Shown: positions 34,107 through 41,229 of the stretch, piece by piece | How positions within the stretch are numbered: position 1 is the first letter of the stretch | How the letters are laid out: every line of letters begins with the position of its first letter | DNA from: a virus | Lineage: Duplodnaviria; Heunggongvirae; Uroviricota; Caudoviricetes | Strand: one strand, 5' to 3' | IMG/VR virus record: IMGVR_UViG_2537561977_000033 | Length of the DNA stretch: 45,340 nucleotides | Translations under genes and position numbers: made by a program | The notes under the pieces: generated by a model | What the model was told of the DNA's origin: nothing | Databases searched by the model: none | Seen by the model: only the letters and a program-made list of their open reading frames with translations

Positions 34107-34399
34107 TATCGCACTACAACATGCTTAGGGCAAGTCACGAAGGAAGTCAGAAAGTAGTCGTAAGAACGGTGATCACTGTCCGCTTTGTGCCAGGAGCAGC
34201 CATTGCTAAGTCCATCCTGTATTGTGCAGATCAGCTCGTTTTTAAAGAGTCCGGCCATCATCTTACTGGTACAGACACCATATACTTTGTGACGGTCAGG
34301 CTACATATGCACAACTCAACTTATTCATCTATTTTTTGCTTTAGCATGTCAGTGTTGCTTTCTCGTCGGCGGGTGAGCGGTGACCTGACCTGTAGATAA
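34094..34399 (+). CDS. hypothetical ORF, 101 aa (YdfV position and size); may be spurious
   Basis: Length and position match my memory of K-12 ydfV; overlaps the relBE promoter region. Confidence 0.25.
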   Translation: MSLQVSHYNMLRASHEGSQKVVVRTVITVRFVPGAAIAKSILYCADQLVFKESGHHLTGTDTIYFVTVRLHMHNSTYSSIFCFSMSVLLSRRRVSGDLTCR

Positions 34400-34601
34400 A
34401 GGAACGTAGCACGTTTTATGCAACACCCGCATGCGGCAGAAAATTATTGCCGAACGTTTACCCCTGTCAACAAGCTTTACTTTCTGAGGCGCGCCAGCCC
34501 GCGAGGAAAACAATCTGAACATCAAACAATTAATGACACAAGAAATACGATTAAAGATTTTTTTGTGCATGCCGATAGTGCTTTTTTAAAAGGAGAAATC
34601 T

Positions 34602-34918
34602 ATGTCTGTCACAATTCAGGGAAATACCTCAACCGTTATTTCAAACAACTCCGCCCCGGAAGGAACATCAGAAATAGCCAAAATCACAAGACAAATTCAG
34701 GTGCTGACTGAAAAGCTTGGGAAAATCTCATCGGAAGAGGGGATGACGACACAGCAGAAAAAGAAATGGCTGCATTGGTACAGAAGCAAATTGAAAGCCT
34801 CAGGGCTCAACTGGAGCAGTTGTTAAGGCAGCAGGCAGAGAAAAAGAATAAAGACGCGACAGTTCAGCCTGATAAAAAGAAGAGAAAAAGACGATACAAA
34901 TACCGCTGGCACCATTGA
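34602..34918 (+). pseudogene. flxA: FlxA-like protein with an apparent -1 frameshift near an A-run
   Basis: Frame 1 MSVTIQGNTSTVISNNSAPEGTSEIAKITRQIQVLTEKLGKISSEEGMTTQQKK then frame 2 MAALVQKQIESLRAQLEQLLRQQAEKKNKDATVQPDKKKRKRRYKYRWHH; junction at CAGAAAAAGAAATGG. Confidence 0.45.
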
Positions 34919-34945
34919 TATTTACGTCTAAGTGACAGCCGTATT

Positions 34946-34968
34946 GTGGCCCTCATCGGGCCACTTTT
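34946..34968 (+). terminator. rho-independent terminator after flxA
   Basis: GTGGCCCTCATCGGGCCAC followed by TTTT. Confidence 0.5.
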
Positions 34969-35129
34969 CGCCATCAGCCTTTTCTTTAAAGACATATTAT
35001 CTTTGTATCATTTCTGATAGTTAACATTACAAGATATAAGTAATGGACGCACTCCCAATTAGTCTATTTAAATCGCCACGAGTTTAACTGACAACCCATG
35101 ATCAATTATGAATTGCAACTATTTCTGTA

Positions 35130-36790
35130 GTCACTTTTGTGGGGACAGTCCACAAAACTGCCAACTTCCGCTTCTTGCTCTTAGCGGACATTAGCATAGG
35201 CTATTTACCATAACGCCTCATTACGCGCACCGCCCAGACTGACTCAGCGCGTTTCTGGCATATCCCCGGTAAAACAAGTAACAACCCCCCCGAAAATGAA
35301 CACCAGAAACGCGACTTAAGAATCTACCCTATGAATGGATATGCACTCAACCGAATCGATCTTGGTTTCAATCTATTTTATCGGGATCAGGCTTCTTTTT
35401 AGGTAACTTCGGGGGCTTAACTTGCTGATGACTTTGCGTTCGGCGCGTAAGCCAGGGATGGTCAGCTTTAGATTTAACATAGTATTTTGAGCGTAAATCA
35501 ATACGGGCATTATCCACTCGTTCATGGACACTCTTTTCATCATCCAGTGGTATAGGCTCCGGGCCATCAACATACTTTTCCCAGCCCAGCGCTTTCCCGT
35601 CATACAGAACGTTAATTTCACCGTCAAAGTTCTCACATACAGTAACAACCGAATGCCTAAGTCGATATCCCCGGCCCTCACTGCGTACCTGAAACGCACT
35701 GCTTTTGTACTGGAAAGTGAGATTTTTAGACAGAACGCGCTTCGCCTGTAGGCTGAAGATATAACCCAGTTCCTCTTCAGAATGGTGCACATCAAGATGA
35801 GCATTATCAGTAGTACGAGGCGACGTAGCGAACCGGTTGTTATAGGCTTCAATAAAGGTCGGCAACCATGCATTTGCTGTTTCAATATCACTGATATTCT
35901 GAAGCCGCATTTCTTTGACCAGCCTGTCCTGTAGTGTCTGATTGGCGCGCTCTACCCGCCCTTTTGCCTGCGGGCTGTTGGCATGGATTGGCTCGATGCC
36001 CAGTGTCTTTATCGCACGAGTGAACTGGGTCAGCTCACCTTCCCGCTCTGGGTTATTTACCCTGAATATACTGTGTCTATCAGAGTAGAGAGCGAGCGGT
36101 ACGCCATGATCATTAAGGTAACCCCGGAGGGTTTCCATGTAAGCCCGGGTTGTTTCAGCAGGCACAAAACGCAACGCCATCAACGCACTGGTGGCATCAT
36201 CAATGAAAACGATCAGTGTACATCTGGGGCCTCGATTTTCAAACCAGTCATGCGGTGAGCCATCAATCTGGATCAGTTCACCGTAAGATGGTCGTCGCAT
36301 GCGGCGTTGATATATACGGGCAATTTTACGACGGCGTTCACGCCATAACCCCTCTTCTATCATCCACTTTCTGAGAGTTTCAACGGATAAAGATAAACCG
36401 TGTATCTCGCGCAATTTTTCGCACGCAAACGTAGGTCCAAAATCAGCGTAACGGCCTTTGAGGAGTGAAATTACTGTTGCTCTGAATTCAGTAGAAAAGG
36501 AATTATTAGGACGCTTTCCACGTCGGTGGGAAACCAGACCAGAAGGCCCTTCATTTCTATACCGTTGCACCAGACGTTTAACCTGCCGAATAGAAATGCC
36601 AATGCGTGCCGCAGCTTGTTCCTGAGTAATATGTCGATTAATTGACTCCTGAATAATCTGAAGTCGGTGGAGTTCCTTATGACTCATCGTAACAGTCTCT
36701 TTGATCATGAAAAATCCCCCAGAGAATTGTCTGGGGACATTTTAGAATGGTTCAAAGGGGACATTACAGCTTGGTGTTAACAATAGCCTG
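35130..36790 (-). mobile_element. insertion sequence carrying an integrase-fold DDE transposase (IS481/ISNCY-like); boundaries approximate
   Basis: Transposase gene 35368-36708; palindromic GGGGACA-containing sequences on both sides (35136-35160; 36711-36770); exact ends and target duplication not resolved. Confidence 0.4.
35368..36708 (-). CDS. DDE transposase with N-terminal HTH and rve integrase core, 446 aa
   Basis: MIKETVTMSHKELHRLQIIQESINRHITQEQAAARIGISIRQVKRL... (HTH), then candidate catalytic D (IQIDGSPHDWF), D (LYSDRHSIF) and E (AKGRVERANQTLQDRL). Confidence 0.8.
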   Translation of the reverse strand: MIKETVTMSHKELHRLQIIQESINRHITQEQAAARIGISIRQVKRLVQRYRNEGPSGLVSHRRGKRPNNSFSTEFRATVISLLKGRYADFGPTFACEKLREIHGLSLSVETLRKWMIEEGLWRERRRKIARIYQRRMRRPSYGELIQIDGSPHDWFENRGPRCTLIVFIDDATSALMALRFVPAETTRAYMETLRGYLNDHGVPLALYSDRHSIFRVNNPEREGELTQFTRAIKTLGIEPIHANSPQAKGRVERANQTLQDRLVKEMRLQNISDIETANAWLPTFIEAYNNRFATSPRTTDNAHLDVHHSEEELGYIFSLQAKRVLSKNLTFQYKSSAFQVRSEGRGYRLRHSVVTVCENFDGEINVLYDGKALGWEKYVDGPEPIPLDDEKSVHERVDNARIDLRSKYYVKSKADHPWLTRRTQSHQQVKPPKLPKKKPDPDKID

Positions 36791-37161
36791 CTTCTCCTTG
36801 CCTTCCGGCACTCGCGACAGATTATGTTTAGACGACTGTCGTAGCGACGTATTTCTCCGTCAGGTAATGACCAGATAAGGTCCGGATCAACCACAGCAGG
36901 TTTCTTCACCTTTGCCCTCGAGAGTTTTTTGCGGGCGTTTTGCCAGTCCTTACGCGCCTGTTCAGACGGGAATAACCCGTAACCAGAGCTGTATACATCG
37001 CCACTGGCAACCAGCTCTCTGGCCAGAACGCTCATCAGATATCTTGTTGCCCCAGTTTTAGCTTCCAGTTGTCGTAACGTCTCGCGCCCACTCTGGCGTA
37101 CGAGTTCCACCACCTGCCCTTTAATTTTTTCCCGCTCTTCTTGTGTAAAAACTTTTGCCAC
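36742..37161 (-). CDS. hypothetical protein of the early-right (replication) operon, 139 aa; 3' end probably altered by the IS
   Basis: Basic, Lys/Arg-rich; reading frame ends within ~40 bp of the transposase start. Confidence 0.3.
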   Translation of the reverse strand: MAKVFTQEEREKIKGQVVELVRQSGRETLRQLEAKTGATRYLMSVLARELVASGDVYSSGYGLFPSEQARKDWQNARKKLSRAKVKKPAVVDPDLIWSLPDGEIRRYDSRLNIICRECRKARRSRLLLTPSCNVPFEPF

Positions 37162-37201
37162 AAGTCCTCCTGAACATTACTTTATACCCTAAAATCAACA
37201 C

Positions 37202-38221
37202 TTATCCCCTGAAACCAGGCGGAATTTCTGTATCCGGTTCAGAAATATGATTCACACAACGCTGTACAGGTGAACGTCCCAGGCGGATGACCAGTTCGTC
37301 CCATTTTTCGCGGAGTTTTGACGGGCTCATGATGTTTTTTACCCAGAATTGATCTCGCTGTACCCGACCAAACATTTCGCAAATTTGTCTGTGGCTTCTG
37401 CCATCCAGCATCCGCATTGTGCGCACGTCATTGGCCCAGGCTGTCCAGTTAGGCTCTTTTGGTCGCATGATCTCTCCATCGTCGCTGGCAGCCTGTTCGT
37501 AAAGGTTCACGATCCGCCCCCAAATCCACTGCGCACACGCCAAATCCTCCCTGCTACCCCACTGGCGTTTTTTCGCACTAAACACAACCGCGTCGGGGTT
37601 CCGGGTTAAAAAATCCTGTTCAGCGGTCTGCGGGTCCGGTTGCGAAGCTTCCGGACGAAAAGTGTTTTTATTCTCTGTAGTAATCTCTGTTGTATTCTCT
37701 GTAAGATCATCAGGCCATTTTGACCCGATGACATTGGGTCGTTTTGAACCAATGGAGCGTTTCATTTTGACCTCTTCCATCGTGTCATTTTGACCTGATG
37801 GAGCGGCGCATTTTAAACCGATGGATTCGCTCAATTTGCCACCATCTAAAAGCTCGCTCCCGTAGTTGATCGTGTAGAAATTGGTCATATCGCGCTTTGA
37901 TTTATTGAGCTTTTCACAACGCAAAAGCCCCAGCGTTTTCAGACTTGCAAACGCGCGCTTTAACGTTGACTCTGACCAGAATGGGAACTGTTCCAGCCAT
38001 TGTTCCGTTGTGTTGTAAATCCAGCGAACACCATCACATTCCATGCCGGAATTGGTATCTCTCAACCAGTAATGCAACTGCTGCAACACAATGGCTTCAT
38101 TTAAGCCAATCTTCATCGCAAGCTGTGTGTTTATAACCAGTGGGCGTTCAGCAAAAAGAAGGCTCATAATTCCATCCAGCTTTTTGTTGGTATTGCTGTC
38201 GATACGCAAGTTTGAAAGCAA
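37202..38221 (-). CDS. putative replication initiation / replisome organizer protein, 339 aa
   Basis: Position downstream of cro-like dicC, corresponding to the lambda O/P position; no confident family match by eye. Confidence 0.35.
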   Translation of the reverse strand: MLSNLRIDSNTNKKLDGIMSLLFAERPLVINTQLAMKIGLNEAIVLQQLHYWLRDTNSGMECDGVRWIYNTTEQWLEQFPFWSESTLKRAFASLKTLGLLRCEKLNKSKRDMTNFYTINYGSELLDGGKLSESIGLKCAAPSGQNDTMEEVKMKRSIGSKRPNVIGSKWPDDLTENTTEITTENKNTFRPEASQPDPQTAEQDFLTRNPDAVVFSAKKRQWGSREDLACAQWIWGRIVNLYEQAASDDGEIMRPKEPNWTAWANDVRTMRMLDGRSHRQICEMFGRVQRDQFWVKNIMSPSKLREKWDELVIRLGRSPVQRCVNHISEPDTEIPPGFRG

Positions 38222-38669
38222 TTGCTTTTTCTATAAGTTCGTCAGTTTCACGATCCACTACGGCAGGATCAGCAAAAAGCAGTCCGGACTCCACCACATC
38301 GCCATATTCTTTGTTTAACCCGGCGATCATGTACGTGATGCTTTTTCCGTCACTAATTTCACGATACAACCTGAAATCATTAATCCGAATAGCCTCCATA
38401 ATTGCAGGCACTAGCGCCGTGAACTTTTCACGCTTATCCCTGGTGTCGATAGCCTTCCAGCGTTCGAATATCTTCACTCGATTAACGCCAAGTGCTCGCT
38501 GATCAACCGCGCCACCTTCATCTGTGACACGCTGAACATCGATGTTCGGGCGCTCTTTCAAAGCCCAGAATGCTTCTGTGATTAATATCGTCGCCTGCTC
38601 CTGTGTCATTCCTGGTCGACATATCCAGGCATCCAGAGCCTCACGAGCCTGTTCAGGAGTGATTTTCAT
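38148..38669 (-). CDS. hypothetical early protein, 173 aa (cII/YdaT position)
   Basis: First gene after dicC in the same operon; overlaps the dicC 3' end by 17 bp. Confidence 0.35.
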   Translation of the reverse strand: MKITPEQAREALDAWICRPGMTQEQATILITEAFWALKERPNIDVQRVTDEGGAVDQRALGVNRVKIFERWKAIDTRDKREKFTALVPAIMEAIRINDFRLYREISDGKSITYMIAGLNKEYGDVVESGLLFADPAVVDRETDELIEKAIAFKLAYRQQYQQKAGWNYEPSFC

Positions 38670-38883
38670 TGTTCAACCGCCCCGCCCGCTTCGTCTTACG
38701 ATATTCATCATAAACTTTGGGATCATACTGAAGCTCCCCGCCAGATGCCTCCTGTAGACGCATCGCGCGACCTTCGGGAACTAAATCCCCTTTCCAGCTA
38801 TAAAGCGAAGCCAAACGAATACCTGCTGCTTGTGCAAGTTTTGTTTTTGAACCGAAATACAAAAGAGCGTCAGTTTTAAGCAT
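38653..38883 (-). CDS. dicC: Cro-like repressor DicC, 76 aa
   Basis: MLKTDALLYFGSKTKLAQAAGIRLASLYSWKGDLVPEGRAMRLQEASGGELQYDPKVYDEYRK... matches DicC; divergent from dicA. Confidence 0.8.
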   Translation of the reverse strand: MLKTDALLYFGSKTKLAQAAGIRLASLYSWKGDLVPEGRAMRLQEASGGELQYDPKVYDEYRKTKRAGRLNNENHS

Positions 38884-38900
38884 TTAAAACACCTTTATTG

Positions 38901-38966
38901 TTAGTCATAACTAACAAGATAGATGTTAACAAAAACATAGTCAATACGATTTAGCATTAGCTAACT
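38901..38966. promoter_or_regulatory. dicA/dicC intergenic operators (two TTAG...CTAA palindromes)
   Basis: TTAGTCATAACTAACA (38901-38916) and TTAGCATTAGCTAACT (38951-38966) between the divergent repressor genes. Confidence 0.5.
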
Positions 38967-39374
38967 ATGGAAACAAAAAATTTAACTATCGGCGAACGCA
39001 TCAGGTATCGTCGGAAAAACCTCAAACACACCCAAAGGTCTCTTGCTAAAGCCCTGAAAATCTCCCATGTGTCTGTATCACAATGGGAACGGGGTGATAG
39101 TGAACCTACAGGGAAGAACCTTTTTGCCCTCAGCAAAGTATTGCAATGCTCACCAACATGGATTCTATTTGGCGATGAAGACAAGCAACCAACACCACCT
39201 GTTGAGAAGCCAGTTGCCTTATCCCCCAAAGAACTAGAGCTCCTTGAGCTGTTTAATGCACTGCCAGAATCAGAACAGGATACCCAGCTCGCCGAAATGC
39301 GAGCTCGAGTAAAAAACTTCAATAAACTCTTTGAAGAATTACTAAAAGCCCGTCAGCGGACAAATAAAAGATAA
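38967..39374 (+). CDS. dicA: XRE-family repressor DicA, 135 aa
   Basis: METKNLTIGERIRYRRKNLKHTQRSLAKALKISHVSVSQWERGDSEPTGKNLFALSKVLQCSPTWILFGDED... matches DicA. Confidence 0.9.
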   Translation: METKNLTIGERIRYRRKNLKHTQRSLAKALKISHVSVSQWERGDSEPTGKNLFALSKVLQCSPTWILFGDEDKQPTPPVEKPVALSPKELELLELFNALPESEQDTQLAEMRARVKNFNKLFEELLKARQRTNKR

Positions 39375-39409
39375 CATCATCAATGAGTTATCTTTTACCA
39401 CATCAATTA

Positions 39410-39463
39410 TGTTAGCTATAGCATACAAAATCACTTGACCGATATGTTAGTCATAGCTAATCT
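39410..39463 (+). promoter_or_regulatory. dicB-operon promoter with overlapping DicA operator-like palindromes
   Basis: TTGACC (39435-39440), 17-nt spacer containing TGTTAGTCATAGC, TAATCT (39458-39463); second palindrome TTAGCTATAGCATA at 39412-39425. Confidence 0.5.
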
Positions 39464-39540
39464 TGTTTGCATCAACACACCGCACGGTGTTCTCAGCAAA
39501 CAGTTCCGCTACCCCAGCGTTAAGGGGAAATGAGGTCAGC

Positions 39541-39696
39541 ATGGATACTATCGATCTTGGCAACAACGAATCTCTGGTGTACGGCGTGTTTCCAAACCAG
39601 GACGGCACGTTCACCGCAATGACGTATACCAAAAGCAAAACGTTTAAAACCGAAAATGGTGCCCGTCGCTGGCTGGAAAGAAACTCAGGTGAGTGA
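39541..39696 (+). CDS. ydfA: YdfA, 51 aa
   Basis: MDTIDLGNNESLVYGVFPNQDGTFTAMTYTKSKTFKTENGARRWLERNSGE. Confidence 0.7.
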   Translation: MDTIDLGNNESLVYGVFPNQDGTFTAMTYTKSKTFKTENGARRWLERNSGE

Positions 39697-39697
39697 T

Positions 39698-40273
39698 ATG
39701 GATTTCGACACAATCATGGAAAAGGCTTACGAAGAATACTTCGAAGGCCTTGCCGAAGGCGAAGAAGCTCTCAGCTTCAGTGAGTTTAAACAGGCACTCA
39801 GAATAAGAATGTGCTCTCACAATGACGCGGAGCACAAATATGAGAAGCAAAATCAGACCGCAGGAAATTTTGTTCTGGAACCCGGAGAAACGCTTTTCAA
39901 AATTCCCGTTACGTGCCCCATTTGCGGTTTTACATCAGAAGAACTTGACGACTCCTGTAACAATCAGGAAACAACCAAGTATGTCGAAGATGATACCGAG
40001 TGCGCACGAAGAACGATTATATCCACGAGTCCAAACTCCAGGACCAATAAATCTCACTATGAGAGGGTGATTAATCCACTCCCCCAAACCAATAAAAAAG
40101 ATGCCGGAGGACAAAAAACCCAATGGAACAACGGGATATCTGTCAAAAAAAGACGTTCCATTAAAGACAAACAACGCAGCGCCAACAACTGTAAGCGCTT
40201 TATACCAGTAATCAATTTTCATGTTCTTAAGCGGATTTATTGGTGGTTGCGACATTGCTTAATGAATCCTTAA
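39698..40273 (+). CDS. 191-aa ORF covering the region K-12 splits into ydfB and ydfC; contains a CPICGF zinc-finger-like motif
   Basis: Starts MDFDTIMEKAYEEYFEGLAEGEEALSFSEFKQAL... and continues uninterrupted to 40273. Confidence 0.4.
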   Translation: MDFDTIMEKAYEEYFEGLAEGEEALSFSEFKQALRIRMCSHNDAEHKYEKQNQTAGNFVLEPGETLFKIPVTCPICGFTSEELDDSCNNQETTKYVEDDTECARRTIISTSPNSRTNKSHYERVINPLPQTNKKDAGGQKTQWNNGISVKKRRSIKDKQRSANNCKRFIPVINFHVLKRIYWWLRHCLMNP

Positions 40274-40532
40274 AACTGTGGTGATTTTAAGGATACCACC
40301 TCGCCTGACGTGGTTAAAAGCAGGCACACAACACGAAAGCGCACGGCGAAGTTCGTCTCACTGTACGGTGTCGTTAAATTTAATTCGACCGTGCGCTTCC
40401 GGTTGTGGCAACCCGCAAAATGGCGCGGCGGTAAGTATGGCGGGGTTATTCCTTCCCCGTTGAGGACACCGGGTTGTCAGGTTGACCATACGCTTAAGTG
40501 ACAACCCCGCTGCAACGCCCTCTGTTATCAAT

Positions 40533-40585
40533 TTTCTGGTGACGTTTGGCGGTATCAGTTTTACTCCGTGACTGCTCTGCCGCCC
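40533..40585 (+). ncRNA. dicF: DicF small regulatory RNA (ftsZ-targeting), ~53 nt, followed by a T-run
   Basis: TTTCTGGTGACGTTTGGCGGTATCAGTTTTACTCCGTGACTGCTCTGCCGCCC matches the DicF sequence as I remember it; between the ydfB/C region and dicB. Confidence 0.8.
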
Positions 40586-40759
40586 TTTTTAAAGTGAATT
40601 TTGTGATGCGGTGAATACGGCTAAGCGCACGCGGAACAGTTAAAACCAAAAACAGTGTTATGGGTGGATTCTCTGTATCCGACGTTAATTGTTAACTGGT
40701 TAACGTCACCTGGAGGCACCAGGCACTGCATCACAAAATTCATTGTTGAGGACGCGATA

Positions 40760-40948
40760 ATGAAAACGTTATTACCAAACGTTAATACGTCTGAAGGTTG
40801 TTTTGAAATTGGTGTCACTATCAGTAACCCTGTATTTACTGAAGATGCCATTAACAAGAGAAAACAAGAACGGGAGCTATTAAATAAAATATGCATTGTT
40901 TCAATGCTGGCTCGTTTACGTCTGATGCCAAAAGGATGTGCACAATGA
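40760..40948 (+). CDS. dicB: cell-division inhibitor DicB, 62 aa
   Basis: MKTLLPNVNTSEGCFEIGVTISNPVFTEDAINKRKQERELLNKICIVSMLARLRLMPKGCAQ. Confidence 0.85.
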   Translation: MKTLLPNVNTSEGCFEIGVTISNPVFTEDAINKRKQERELLNKICIVSMLARLRLMPKGCAQ

Positions 40949-41136
40949 ATTCAGCATTTGCGCTTGTTCTGACAGTTTTTCTTGTTTCCGGAGTGCCAGT
41001 TGATATTGCAGTCAGTGTTCACAGGACAATGCAGGAGTGTATGACTGCAGCAACCGAACAGAAAATTCCCGGTAACTGTTACCCGGTCGATAAAGTTATT
41101 CACCAGGATAATATCGAAATCCCGGCAGGTCTTTAA
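40945..41136 (+). CDS. ydfD: YdfD small lysis-associated membrane protein, 63 aa
   Basis: MNSAFALVLTVFLVSGVPVDIAVSVHRTMQECMTAATEQKIPGNCYPVDKVIHQDNIEIPAGL; start overlaps the dicB stop. Confidence 0.7.
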   Translation: MNSAFALVLTVFLVSGVPVDIAVSVHRTMQECMTAATEQKIPGNCYPVDKVIHQDNIEIPAGL

Positions 41137-41229
41137 AACAGTTCCGTAATAAATATCCGGTTTCATTCTTATATGCCAGCAATGGCAGGGATTTGTTCAT
41201 CCTTAAATCTGTCATGAGGTTAAAACAAA

